A stretch of DNA of 64,000 nucleotides, from the NCBI GenBank assembly GCA_963981035.1, contig CAXCCF010000002.1, positions 15,578 through 79,577 of the forward strand, in the 5' to 3' direction. A program made the translations under genes and the position numbers. Shown piece after piece: positions 27,219-37,430 of the stretch; the stretch's first letter is position 1, and every line of letters begins with the position of its first letter. The notes beneath the pieces were generated by a model. That model was given only the letters and a program-made list of their open reading frames with translations. It was not told the DNA's origin and made no database searches. The stretch is from an uncultured euryarchaeote. Its GTDB lineage: Archaea; Thermoplasmatota; Poseidoniia; Poseidoniales; Poseidoniaceae.

Positions 27219-29723
27219 ATGACAGATGGCAATGAAGTTGATTCGGTTCAAAATAATAATGCTCAAACAGATGAAAATGTGGATGATTACGAATTGGCTT
27301 CAATGGCTGCTGCTCTGGAGTCGGCGGGTCTAGGAAGCATGTTGGAAGAAATTCCAGTTGCTGTAGAAGTTGAAGAAAATGTTGGCCAAGTCCAGTCAGA
27401 TGAAATAATTGATACTAGTACGACAATGGCGGCTGATGTTTTTCCAGAATTAGATGATATTGATGATAATGAAGAGATGGTTCGCGGTTTGATTACTGTG
27501 GGTGAAGAGCGTTCAAGAAAAAACGATGCAAAAGGTGCGCTTGCTGCGTTTAACAAGGCAATTGCACTTGACCCATCTTGTGACATGGCATGGTTTAACC
27601 GAGGAGTATTATTAGAAGCGCAAAAAGATGCGCGAGGTGCTAAGCAATCATTCCAAATATGTATTGATCTAAATCCAGACCACGCACCTGCTACAGCAAA
27701 TCTAGCCAGTATTTTGGAGCGAATGGGTGAATTGATTCCAGCATATGATATGGCCATGAAAGGGCTTGTATTTTATCCAGGTCATCCTGCCCTAGTAGAT
27801 ATTACAAAGCGATGTAAGAGTGCAGAAGCAAATATTCCAGTAACAGATATTCCTCGTATTGTGGCATCACCTAATTCCTATGAAGAAGCAACTGTGGTTG
27901 CAGTAATGGATGATGTTGGAGTTGCTGATATGGAAGCCGTACTTCAAGAGGCAGTTTATCACGACCACGATGGTGATTCCCACCTAGACTATTCTGAATT
28001 GAAATCTGCCGCATCCGTTGTGGCGGCAACAGAAGAAGTAATTGTCAGATTAGAGGCTAATCCAGTTGCCACTCCACAACCCGTTGAAGTGATTGCTGAT
28101 ACTGTACAAGAAGTGGTTGAAGAAGAAATAGTACATTCGCAAGAAGTTGAAGAAGTAGTTGAGCAACCTGTAATAGATATTGATTCACTCGTTGAAGAAG
28201 CAACAGAACTAATCCGCTCAGGAGATGCGGCGGGCGGACTATCAATATTGAAACCACATCTAAAGACAACTGCAGCAGAAAATGCAGATGCTTGGAGAGT
28301 TGCAGGTGGAGCAATGGCTAGACTTGAATTAGATTCGCATGCGATTGCTGCGATTACTCATGCACAATCACTTGACCCTTCAAATTCAAGTGGCTGGTTT
28401 AATCTAGGCTCAATTCATCAACGTGGAGAAAACTTTTCCGAGGCTAAATCATGCTATCAAAAGGCACTTGAAATCCAACCAGATTACCATAAAGCAGCAA
28501 TAAAACTCAGTGATTTATCAAAACAGTTGAGTGATGTTGAAACATATTTGATGGCAACACGCATCGTCGCAAAAATTGACTCAAATGATGAAAGAGTGGC
28601 CGAGATGGCTGAAATATTAATCGAAATTGCTGAAGGTGAAGCAAATGTACTTGATTCCACACAAGGTTTACCTCCAACCCTACCAGTAGGACCAGAACTT
28701 GCTCAAGAGGCTCTTGGAATTATTGGAGATGGGACTTCATCTCTACATGCTAGAGCATACACAGCAATTTCAGACCATCACAAGTCCGTTACTACCTGGA
28801 AATCACTAATCCAAGAAGATGGTGATAATGCTGCTAACTGGAGAGGTTTAGCTCGCTCACTAGAAGAGGCTGGTGATCTTGCAACCGCACAGAAATGCCA
28901 TTCCAAAGCTAATGAAATAGAAAATGGTCCAGCGCCTTCAGTAGTCGTACAAGAGCCTGTGGCAATGGAGCAAACTGAAACCGTTGTTGAAGAAAATCAG
29001 CAGGAAATTGAACCCCTCGGCCAGCCATTAACTCCTGTTCCTCAGCCTGAAGAACAATTGGAAGCAATCGTTGAGTCTCCTTCAGATATTTTACTCGCCC
29101 CAGTCACTCCGAACATTGCTGATGCCCCTGCTAAAGTTGAAGAAAATCAACAAGCGAATGATTTGCTGATGGCTCCAATTGAGCCAAGGCCTGCTAACAA
29201 TATAATAGATGAAAACCCCGCTGTTGATTTAGCAAAAGCTGCATTAGATGCTACACATGCAGCATCTCTAAATGTAGTTGGAGAAACTATGTCTAAATCT
29301 GTCGCTAATCAGGATATTGCATGGTATAATAAAGGTGTTCAATTAATTGAAGATGGAAAGTACAAGGAAGCATTGACATGCTTTGACAGAGCGCTGCCAT
29401 CTTTCAAAGATGATGATGAAATGGTAATTAGGATTCTTAACGGTCGTGGAAACTCATACTATTACATGGAAGAATATCCACGATGTGTAGAAGCATACCA
29501 TCAAGCAATGCTTATTCGTCCAAAAGAAGTAAGGGGCCAGACATTGTACAATATGGGAACAGCATATGCTGAAATGGAAAGATTCCCTGATGCAATCAAG
29601 TGTTTTGAGCAATCAATTCCTCGTGGTTTGTCAACCGCAGAAGCGAAAAGAGCCAAAGATCAGATTCGACGCTGCACTATTTTAAACAAAGAACGCCAAA
29701 AGAAAATAAGGAAAAAATCGTGA
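27219..29723 (+). CDS. Acidic TPR-repeat protein
   Basis: Several 34-aa TPR units (AWFNRGVLLEAQKD..., SGWFNLGSIHQRGENFSEAKSCYQKALEIQPD, IAWYNKGVQLIEDGKYKEALTCFDRAL) separated by E/V/P-rich linkers. ATG at 27219 (27201 is TTG). Confidence 0.7.
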   Translation: MTDGNEVDSVQNNNAQTDENVDDYELASMAAALESAGLGSMLEEIPVAVEVEENVGQVQSDEIIDTSTTMAADVFPELDDIDDNEEMVRGLITVGEERSRKNDAKGALAAFNKAIALDPSCDMAWFNRGVLLEAQKDARGAKQSFQICIDLNPDHAPATANLASILERMGELIPAYDMAMKGLVFYPGHPALVDITKRCKSAEANIPVTDIPRIVASPNSYEEATVVAVMDDVGVADMEAVLQEAVYHDHDGDSHLDYSELKSAASVVAATEEVIVRLEANPVATPQPVEVIADTVQEVVEEEIVHSQEVEEVVEQPVIDIDSLVEEATELIRSGDAAGGLSILKPHLKTTAAENADAWRVAGGAMARLELDSHAIAAITHAQSLDPSNSSGWFNLGSIHQRGENFSEAKSCYQKALEIQPDYHKAAIKLSDLSKQLSDVETYLMATRIVAKIDSNDERVAEMAEILIEIAEGEANVLDSTQGLPPTLPVGPELAQEALGIIGDGTSSLHARAYTAISDHHKSVTTWKSLIQEDGDNAANWRGLARSLEEAGDLATAQKCHSKANEIENGPAPSVVVQEPVAMEQTETVVEENQQEIEPLGQPLTPVPQPEEQLEAIVESPSDILLAPVTPNIADAPAKVEENQQANDLLMAPIEPRPANNIIDENPAVDLAKAALDATHAASLNVVGETMSKSVANQDIAWYNKGVQLIEDGKYKEALTCFDRALPSFKDDDEMVIRILNGRGNSYYYMEEYPRCVEAYHQAMLIRPKEVRGQTLYNMGTAYAEMERFPDAIKCFEQSIPRGLSTAEAKRAKDQIRRCTILNKERQKKIRKKS

Positions 29724-29771
29724 TTTGTTCGCGTGAATGGGTTGAAAAACTAAGAGCGCTGGACAAGTAAC

Positions 29772-31142
29772 ATGTCCGGAGATGATATGACCTCAATTAT
29801 GCTGCGCCTAGAGGAATCAGGCCTCGAGTTAAAACAGGCACAAATTGTCGTTGATTTGGCCGCCAATCCCCCTTCTAAAGCTAGCGAGGTTGGAAAAAGA
29901 ATTGGATTATCGCGAATGGATGCATACAATTCGCTTCGTAAATTACAGGAGCAGGGATTGATTAGAGCAACATTAGACAAGCCGATGAGATTTGCTGGTA
30001 ATACTATCAGTGAAGTGTTCAAGTTGCTTATCCACAAACAAAAAATCGATTTGCAACGCATGGAAGAACATCTCGAAGAATTGACTACAGGACCTGCAAT
30101 GGCATTAATGTCTATTGAAAATCATGTTAATGAAGCGACATTCTCTGTCATTAAAGACAGGCACCAAATCATGGCTACTTTCGAATCACTTCTTGCAGAA
30201 GCGGAGTCAAAAGTGTGGCTATTACTCGGAAGATGGGGCATATTACACTTCTTGCGAATCGGTGGAAAAAAAGTATTAGATGATGCTATTGAACGTGGTG
30301 TTGAAATAAATATTGTAGCTTGTGTAGACAAGAAGACTGTTAGATATTTTGATGATTTATCTCCACTAATCGAAGTTAGGCACCATGAACAATTATCATT
30401 GCAAGGAGCATTTATTGATGATGAATTTGGAATTCAATTTGTATATAGCGAAGATAACCCAACTGGGCGGGGTAAGGAAGACACTGCCCTATTAATCGAA
30501 AGTTCTGAATTCTTGAAGGCTCAAAATGAATTATTACAAATTCAATGGGCTGCTGCCTCTTCATACTCTGTTGCACGAGCGAGAATCATTGATGGAGAAA
30601 TTACTGAACCATTGCAGTATTCACTTGGAGAAGGTTCATTTTACGCGAAATTAAAGGCTAATTTGGCCAACGGAATAAAAAATAATATCAATTCCGGTAA
30701 TGTTTCTAAACTAAAAAATACTGGCCAAGAACCAATAAATCCGGATAATGTAGAAGCACAAGCATTGTCTATGCTAGGAATTGATGTTGGGGATTTACTC
30801 CATTCAGTAGGCAAGAGAATTGGTCGTGAAATTGCAATGAAAATCAATGATACAGAAGATGATAACGAGTTTTGGGATCGATTAGCAACTCAATGGGAAA
30901 GTATGGGAATGGGCAAATTAATTATTTCAGACGATGAAGCATCAAAGATAACTGTTCGCAATGGTAATTCCTGTAGCGGCAATCCTCAAGAGAATGGAAT
31001 ATTTTGTCTCCTAGATGAAGGAATTCTTGCAGGAATTATGCAAGAAAGGCATGGAATTAATGTAATATCCAATAATAGAGTCTGTTCAGACTGTTCCAAC
31101 AAAGATTGTTACTATGAAATTGAGTCAAATATTACTCAATAG
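29772..31142 (+). CDS. TrmB-family transcriptional regulator with C-terminal V4R (4-vinyl reductase-like, Cys-containing) domain
   Basis: N-terminal wHTH LELKQAQIVVDLAANPPSKASEVGKRIGLSRMDAYNSLRKLQEQGLI. C-terminal CSGNPQENGIFC...GIMQERHG...CSDCSNKDCYYEIE. Confidence 0.7.
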   Translation: MSGDDMTSIMLRLEESGLELKQAQIVVDLAANPPSKASEVGKRIGLSRMDAYNSLRKLQEQGLIRATLDKPMRFAGNTISEVFKLLIHKQKIDLQRMEEHLEELTTGPAMALMSIENHVNEATFSVIKDRHQIMATFESLLAEAESKVWLLLGRWGILHFLRIGGKKVLDDAIERGVEINIVACVDKKTVRYFDDLSPLIEVRHHEQLSLQGAFIDDEFGIQFVYSEDNPTGRGKEDTALLIESSEFLKAQNELLQIQWAAASSYSVARARIIDGEITEPLQYSLGEGSFYAKLKANLANGIKNNINSGNVSKLKNTGQEPINPDNVEAQALSMLGIDVGDLLHSVGKRIGREIAMKINDTEDDNEFWDRLATQWESMGMGKLIISDDEASKITVRNGNSCSGNPQENGIFCLLDEGILAGIMQERHGINVISNNRVCSDCSNKDCYYEIESNITQ

Positions 31143-31192
31143 TATAGTTTTTCAAAGCGCAGGTTCATAGCGATGAGGGGGTAGGCACCGAC

Positions 31193-31573
31193 ATGGATTG
31201 CGGAACTTGTGAAACTGCTGGCCCTGTTCAAGTGGTCAAACCTGAAGTTGTTGAAGTTAATTTAACAATATCATTGACCGCTAAAAATATGTTATCAGAT
31301 GCATTCGGAGATGACCGTTCTCATGCCTTGCTCGTTGGAGTATTGAGTGGTGGATGTTCTGGTTATATGTATGACCTGCAAATTGTTGAATCGACTGATG
31401 TTGATTGTCAAGAACTATCAGTTGATGGGTTTAGAGTTCTTGTTCCTAATGACTCTTCACATTTGTTGGATGGAATAGAAATTGATTATGTTGAAAAATT
31501 GATGGGTGGTGGATTCAAAATCAATAACCCAAACGCTGAATCATCTTGTGGCTGTGGTGAATCTTTCTCTTGA
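31193..31573 (+). CDS. A-type Fe-S cluster carrier (IscA/SufA/HesB family)
   Basis: GGCSGYMYDL ... CGCGESF C-terminal motif. Confidence 0.8.
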   Translation: MDCGTCETAGPVQVVKPEVVEVNLTISLTAKNMLSDAFGDDRSHALLVGVLSGGCSGYMYDLQIVESTDVDCQELSVDGFRVLVPNDSSHLLDGIEIDYVEKLMGGGFKINNPNAESSCGCGESFS

Positions 31574-31583
31574 GGTGTTTTGA

Positions 31584-32291
31584 TTGCCCATTGTGGCCCT
31601 ATTAGATTCCTCATTAACACTATGGAGAGGTAAGGATGTCCTGCCATTTATTGATGGATTATCCACGAACAAAGTAACCGAGTTAAAGAAAGGCCAAATA
31701 ATTCGCACAATATTCACTGAGTCAAATGCAAAAATAATTGACTGCATAACATTGTTCCACATGGGTGAATTTATTGTTGCAGCAGGTCATCTGCCACACC
31801 TTGATAATTTGATCAATCATACCCACAAAAAAATACTGGGACAAGATGTTTCAATAACTGACATCACATCTAGAAATGATATTTTTGCTGAATTCAATTG
31901 TACTAATGAGCAAGAGATTATCGGCACTTTTTCATCACATGGTGAAATTACACGAGCAAATATTTCCGCTAATTTTTCCTTGATAATTGCTAGCAAAGGC
32001 AATGGGCCAGAAAATCTTGCAACTTTTGAGCAGTTCAATCAATGGAGAATTGCAAACAAAATTCCATGGCATGGATATGAGATAAGCAATTCATTTCATC
32101 CATTTTCTTGTGGACTTGAGGAATTAGTCCACCAGAATAAGGGGTGCTATATTGGACAAGAAATACTCACGCGAATGCGCACTCGAAAACGTCAAGGAAA
32201 AATACTCATACAAGTTGATACACTTACATGTAATCCAGCTAATATTACAACAATGGGTGAAACCCAATCGCTAGCAATAATTCGTACTTGA
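31584..32291 (+). CDS. YgfZ/GcvT-like folate-binding protein (Fe-S cluster maintenance)
   Basis: C-terminal KGCYIGQEILTRMRTRKRQGKIL motif. It is adjacent to the IscA-like gene. TTG start at 31584, alternative GTG at 31593. Confidence 0.6.
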   Translation: MPIVALLDSSLTLWRGKDVLPFIDGLSTNKVTELKKGQIIRTIFTESNAKIIDCITLFHMGEFIVAAGHLPHLDNLINHTHKKILGQDVSITDITSRNDIFAEFNCTNEQEIIGTFSSHGEITRANISANFSLIIASKGNGPENLATFEQFNQWRIANKIPWHGYEISNSFHPFSCGLEELVHQNKGCYIGQEILTRMRTRKRQGKILIQVDTLTCNPANITTMGETQSLAIIRT

Positions 32292-32292
32292 A

Positions 32293-33231
32293 TCAATATC
32301 CGAGAATGTCTACGAGTTGACTCTTGTAAAAATTAGCGGAGCCATGTAATGATTCTAACTCAGATTCTGTCAATTCTAATTCAAAGATTTTCTCAACACC
32401 ATTAGCACCAATAATACATGGAACTCCAATGTAGATATTTTCCAATCCATATTCACCTGAAAGATGGCAAGATGCTGGAATGACTCTTCTGCGATCGTTT
32501 AGCACTGACTCTGCCATTATTGCAGCTGCTGAACCTGGTGCATAAAATGCAGAACCTCGTTCTAACAATTTGACGATTTCTCCGCCACCCTTTGCAGTTC
32601 TTTCGCTGATTGCATCAATTCTTTCTTCACTGATTAACTGAGTGATTGGAATTCCTCCAACCGTAGTATATCTTGCAAGAGGAACCATTGTGTCACCATG
32701 TCCACCAAGAACCATTGGAGAAACATCTTCCTCTGCACAACCAAGTTCAAGTGCAATAAAATGAGCCATTCTTGCACTATCGAGAACTCCTGCTTGTCCA
32801 ATGACGCGCTCGGTAGGGAATCCAGTGACTTGCTGCATATGGTATGTCATCAAATCAAGGGGATTAGTAATCATGATGATTACTGCATTCGGTGCGTGTT
32901 CTCGAATACCAGTTCCAACTTGCTTAACGATGTCTGCATTTTTACCAATCAAATCCTCTCTGGTCATTCCTGGTTGTCTTGGAAATCCTGATGTAACAAC
33001 GATAACTTCTGAGTCTGCAATATCTGCGTAATCTGCAGTACCAGTAATTGTTCCATCGTAATTCAAGATGTTTGAATTTTGACTCATGTCAAGTGCCTTT
33101 CCTTTTGCAAATCCTTCATAGATATCTAGCAAAACAATGTCTGCTACTTTCATTTGTGCTAGTACGAATGCACATGTTGCACCCACATTTCCTGCTCCAA
33201 TAACTGCGATTTTTCTTCGTCCATTAGCCAT
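32293..33231 (-). CDS. mdh: Malate (L-lactate family) dehydrogenase
   Basis: KIAVIGAGNVGATCAFVLA, ITNPLDLMTY and GGHGDTMVPL. Confidence 0.85.
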   Translation of the reverse strand: MANGRRKIAVIGAGNVGATCAFVLAQMKVADIVLLDIYEGFAKGKALDMSQNSNILNYDGTITGTADYADIADSEVIVVTSGFPRQPGMTREDLIGKNADIVKQVGTGIREHAPNAVIIMITNPLDLMTYHMQQVTGFPTERVIGQAGVLDSARMAHFIALELGCAEEDVSPMVLGGHGDTMVPLARYTTVGGIPITQLISEERIDAISERTAKGGGEIVKLLERGSAFYAPGSAAAIMAESVLNDRRRVIPASCHLSGEYGLENIYIGVPCIIGANGVEKIFELELTESELESLHGSANFYKSQLVDILGY

Positions 33232-33458
33232 AGTGAATCACTTGCCCATTCTTGCCCAAACATCGGCCCTCCATAAGTATGATTGTCAATAATTATCACA
33301 ATTAGTTTTGGGAAAATGACAAAATAAAATGGGCCGATTTTTGAACATCTCAAATGGTGTAATTATTCATCTAAAGCGCTTTATCTAAAAACCCCCTACT
33401 GCTCGCCTCAAATATCCTGAATACAACTTATGCGGGATTCGACATTATTGGTGATATC

Positions 33459-34622
33459 ATGAAACTTGGAGTACCTATGGAACCTGAAGGTGAAACACGC
33501 GTTGGAATTGTCCCTGGTAGTGTTAAAAAATTGTTGAAAGCTGGGTTCGAGATCCTTATTGAAAAGGGCGCTGGAGATTCAGCCAATTATCTAGATTCGG
33601 AATATGAAAATGCTGGTGCAACTATTTCTACCCGTGCTGAAGTAATGGCATGCCAAAATATTGTTTGCATCAGATTTCCAGGAGTAGATGGAATCTCAAA
33701 GGGTGCAAATCTAACTTGTGTTTCAGATCCTTTTAGAAGCCCTGAAAATGTCAAGGAATGTTTGTCTGCTGGAATTACATTGCTTTCAATGGATATGATT
33801 CCTCGCCGTCTTTCACGTGCACAATCAATGGACGTTAACTCCAGTCAAGATAACCTTGCAGGGTACAAGGCGGTACTTCTTGGTGCTGCAAATACCCCTC
33901 GCGGAATACCGATGATGACCACGTCTGCTGGAACTGTGCGTCCTGCAAAGGTGGTAATTATGGGAAGTGGCGTTGCTGGACTTCAAGCAATCGCTACTGC
34001 CAAGCGTCTTGGTGCAGTTGTATACGCATCGGATGTAAGAAAGTCTGCTGCTGAGCAAATAGAATCTGTTGGTGGACGATTCATCGAAGTAGATGGAATG
34101 GATGACTTTGAAGATGAATCCGGTTATGCAAAACCATTGACTGGAGAATTTATTCAAAAGGTAAACGATACAGTTTGTGGTGTTGCATCCGATGCTGATA
34201 TCATTGTTACAACCGCAAGGATATTCGGAAGACCCGCACCAATTACAGTTCCTTCAAGCGCAGTTGCAAATTTCAAATCCGGAGCAGTTGTTGTTGACAT
34301 GAATGCTGATGTTGGTGGAAACTGTGAAGATACTGTTGCTGGAGAGGTTACCACCACTAGTAATGGTGTAATTATCGTAGGAACTTCTAATCTGCCTGGT
34401 ACTTTAGCAAATACAGCAAGCATGTTGTATTCAAACAATCTCACTACTTTCATGACCTCTTTGGTCAAGGAAGGAGAAGTCGTCATAAGCGATGATGATG
34501 ATGTTCTGGTCGGAGCCCCTGAAGGTTCTGACTTCCACATCGGTGGCATGGGTGGCGTCCTTATTTGCAAAGATGGTGAAATCCACCATAAGCAATCACG
34601 CTTAGCAGGGGTGGTTCAATGA
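33459..34622 (+). CDS. pntAA: NAD(P) transhydrogenase alpha subunit part 1
   Basis: AlaDH/PNT fold with VIMGSGVAGLQAIATAKRLGAVVYASDVR. Confidence 0.85.
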   Translation: MKLGVPMEPEGETRVGIVPGSVKKLLKAGFEILIEKGAGDSANYLDSEYENAGATISTRAEVMACQNIVCIRFPGVDGISKGANLTCVSDPFRSPENVKECLSAGITLLSMDMIPRRLSRAQSMDVNSSQDNLAGYKAVLLGAANTPRGIPMMTTSAGTVRPAKVVIMGSGVAGLQAIATAKRLGAVVYASDVRKSAAEQIESVGGRFIEVDGMDDFEDESGYAKPLTGEFIQKVNDTVCGVASDADIIVTTARIFGRPAPITVPSSAVANFKSGAVVVDMNADVGGNCEDTVAGEVTTTSNGVIIVGTSNLPGTLANTASMLYSNNLTTFMTSLVKEGEVVISDDDDVLVGAPEGSDFHIGGMGGVLICKDGEIHHKQSRLAGVVQ

Positions 34623-34930
34623 GTCCAGAATTATTAATCGGTAGCATCACATTATTCGTACTAGCAATTTTCCTTGGTGTCGAATTGATTACCAAAGTTC
34701 CTGCAACCTTACACACACCTCTAATGAGCGGTGCAAATGCAATTTCTGGAATCAGTATTGTAGGCGCATTGATTGGAGCCAATGTAGCATATGCTGGTGG
34801 AGATACAGTGACTTCTGGAATTCTATCATTCGTAGCAGTAGTTCTCGCTATGATCAATGTAGTCGGTGGATTTGCAGTAACGAATCGTATGCTGAATATG
34901 ATTGCTGGAAAGAAGAAGAGAGGTGCTTAA
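34619..34930 (+). CDS. pntAB: NAD(P) transhydrogenase alpha subunit part 2 (membrane)
   Basis: 103-aa, 3-TM protein overlapping pntAA by 4 bp. Confidence 0.8.
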   Translation: MSPELLIGSITLFVLAIFLGVELITKVPATLHTPLMSGANAISGISIVGALIGANVAYAGGDTVTSGILSFVAVVLAMINVVGGFAVTNRMLNMIAGKKKRGA

Positions 34931-34931
34931 A

Positions 34932-36368
34932 ATGTCTGCATTAATTGACTACATGAGCGATTGGATTTCAGTAGGATATCTATTATCCGCAGTTCTATTC
35001 ATTATGGGATTAAAGAAACTAGGTCACCCTAGAACTGCCCCTCGTGGCAATCAATTAGGCGCACTTGGTATGCTTGTTGCAGTAATTGTAACAGTAGCAA
35101 GTATGCAACTTGAGGGTGGGGCACAATGGACTCTAATAATTGCTGGAATGACTATCGGTTCGCTAATTGGATATTGGATGGCTGTTAAAGTTGAAATGAC
35201 TGGTATGCCTGAAATGGTCGCATTATTCAATGGATTTGGTGGTGCTGCAAGTGCATTGGTCGCACTATCTGAAACATGGAAATATATTGAAGGTGGCACT
35301 CTTCCTATAGGTCTTGAATTGACTGTAACAATGGTTGCTGCTGGACTTTCAGCATTGGTTGGATGGATGACATTAACAGGTTCTCTTTTGGCAATGTACA
35401 AACTGAAGGGTGGAGTCGAAATTTTCGGCAAGTGGATAAAGACACCTACTTGGGGACCTGTTTGGTTAAATCCGGTTAAAATTATTCTATTAATTGCAGT
35501 TGCTGTATTGATTGTTATGAGCGTTTCAGAGCCGACTAATACCGATTATCTGTGGGCAATTATTGCAATTTCATGTATACTTGGTATTATCTTAGTTCTA
35601 CCAATTGGTGGCGCTGATATGCCAGTAGTTGTTTCACTGCTAAACTCTTTATCAGGAATTGCTGCAGCATTTACAGGATTTATTTTCTCAAATTCAGTAT
35701 TGATAGTTGCTGGTTCACTTGTAGGTGCATCTGGAATTATTCTAACATTCATTATGTGCAAGGCAATGAATCGAAGATTGATTGATGTATTATTCAAGTC
35801 ATTTGGAGGCAGTGGTGAAAAAGCTGACCTGACTCGCACAAAGGTAGGTTCAGATGCTGATGAAGTGGCAATGATGGTCGATGGTGCACAAAAAGTAATC
35901 ATTGTACCAGGATATGGAATGGCTGTTTCACAATGTCAACATCAGGTAAAAGAATTCGCTGATTTAGTGGCTGAGAAATTTGATACTGAGGTCAAATATG
36001 CAATTCATCCAGTCGCTGGAAGAATGCCAGGTCACATGAATGTCTTACTTGCAGAAGCAAATGTTCCTTATGAGCAATTGATTGAGATGGATGAAATCAA
36101 TCCAGAGTTCCCTGATTGTGATATCGCATTGGTCATCGGTGCCAATGATACAACAAATCCGGCAGCGCGTAGTGGAGAAGGACCACTTGCTGGTATGCCA
36201 ATCATTGATGTTGATGGAGCAAGAACTGTGGTAATAATCAAGCGTTCACTGAGCGTTGGATATGCTGGTGTTGACAACGATTTATTCTACATGGACAAGA
36301 CCATGATGCTATTCGGCGATGGTAAGAAAATGATGACTGAATTGAATAATGCTGTCAAAGAGATTTGA
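34932..36368 (+). CDS. pntB: NAD(P) transhydrogenase beta subunit
   Basis: Polytopic N-terminus plus the C-terminal NADP(H)-binding domain (KVIIVPGYGMAVSQCQHQV, HPVAGRMPGHMNVLLAEA). Confidence 0.85.
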   Translation: MSALIDYMSDWISVGYLLSAVLFIMGLKKLGHPRTAPRGNQLGALGMLVAVIVTVASMQLEGGAQWTLIIAGMTIGSLIGYWMAVKVEMTGMPEMVALFNGFGGAASALVALSETWKYIEGGTLPIGLELTVTMVAAGLSALVGWMTLTGSLLAMYKLKGGVEIFGKWIKTPTWGPVWLNPVKIILLIAVAVLIVMSVSEPTNTDYLWAIIAISCILGIILVLPIGGADMPVVVSLLNSLSGIAAAFTGFIFSNSVLIVAGSLVGASGIILTFIMCKAMNRRLIDVLFKSFGGSGEKADLTRTKVGSDADEVAMMVDGAQKVIIVPGYGMAVSQCQHQVKEFADLVAEKFDTEVKYAIHPVAGRMPGHMNVLLAEANVPYEQLIEMDEINPEFPDCDIALVIGANDTTNPAARSGEGPLAGMPIIDVDGARTVVIIKRSLSVGYAGVDNDLFYMDKTMMLFGDGKKMMTELNNAVKEI

Positions 36369-36422
36369 TTATCTCTAAAGAATTAGAAGTAATGTTCAAA
36401 GGGCGAGCACAGGTGGAGATGA

Positions 36423-37391
36423 ATGGGTGAGATTATGATATCACGTCGTGGTCGTTTACTAATCGTTTCTTTGATGGCTTTGTTATTCATTGCTCCTGCA
36501 CTTGGAATATCGTCTGGGCCACCATGGGAAAATGGTGGCAAGTTAGTTGTTGAAACTGGATGTTCTTGCCATGGTGGCGGTTCCCCTAGCAACAGTGTCG
36601 TAGTATCTATTTCTGGTGTTCCTCGTTCATATGATACTGGGCAAAGTTATGATTTCACCGTTTCATTACAAGACGCTAGCAACTCCGAAGGTGGTTTCAT
36701 GCTTTGGGATTACAATAGTGGAACTTTGACTCCAGGTGATGGATCTCAATCTGTTACTGAAGAGCCAGGCGCTGTCTCTCAATCTGCCCCAGGCAATGAT
36801 TGGATTGTCACTTGGACTGCACCTGCTGAAGACATCGGTTCTATTTCGTTCCAATTGGTAGGTAATGCGGTTAATGGCGATGGCAATTTTGATGAAGGTG
36901 ATCATTGGAATATTCTATCATTTTCTATTAGTTCCCCCAATACTACAACAAATGATGATGCTGATGGACTTGCATTGCGTACTCTTAGCGTAGGTGACTA
37001 TGAATCGTTATTCGTTGCTGAAGAAGATCCTGAAGCAATTGAAGCAGCACGCCAAGAGCATATTGCAGACCAATATTTCACTAATGGAAATATGTTCTAT
37101 TGGACAACACTTTCAATATTGTTGGTCGCAGCTGTTTTCCAAGGAGAATTCTACGAGAAGAAATTCTCAGGTGGCCCTCCTCATTTGGATATGAGTCTAG
37201 CTGTTCCTCAAGGAATCCGCCGTTCCATTGTTTCAGTAATATTGGTCGTAATATTTGCTTGGTCCATAAATACAGATCTAGAATTATTAGCTTCACTATT
37301 TTTCGGGATGTTGGCTCTTTGGTCTATTTTTGGCGTGTATAGAACAGTCGTCCAAGCCCGTGCTGAGAAGAAATACACAGACCTCATTTGA
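36423..37391 (+). CDS. Secreted, C-terminally membrane-anchored protein with a twin-arginine-type signal peptide
   Basis: N-terminus MISRRGRLLIVSLMALLFIAPALG carries an S-R-R-x-hydrophobic Tat-like motif. A Gly/Ser/Asp-rich ectodomain is followed by two C-terminal TM helices. Confidence 0.5.
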   Translation: MGEIMISRRGRLLIVSLMALLFIAPALGISSGPPWENGGKLVVETGCSCHGGGSPSNSVVVSISGVPRSYDTGQSYDFTVSLQDASNSEGGFMLWDYNSGTLTPGDGSQSVTEEPGAVSQSAPGNDWIVTWTAPAEDIGSISFQLVGNAVNGDGNFDEGDHWNILSFSISSPNTTTNDDADGLALRTLSVGDYESLFVAEEDPEAIEAARQEHIADQYFTNGNMFYWTTLSILLVAAVFQGEFYEKKFSGGPPHLDMSLAVPQGIRRSIVSVILVVIFAWSINTDLELLASLFFGMLALWSIFGVYRTVVQARAEKKYTDLI

Positions 37392-37430
37392 GGCATTCAC
37401 ATTCCATTGCCAATGGTTTGAGGTAATTTC

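Noticed and set aside
33825-34857. Minus-strand ORFs within pntAA (33825-34157, 34154-34570, 34561-34857)
   Set aside because: They are antisense to a confidently identified gene, and their frames are low-complexity (Thr/Ser/Pro-rich).
36540-36570. ETGCSCHGGG in the RR-signal protein as a c-type heme-binding motif
   Set aside because: The spacing is C-x-C-H, not the required C-x-x-C-H. There is no cytochrome c motif anywhere near the CcmE-like gene.
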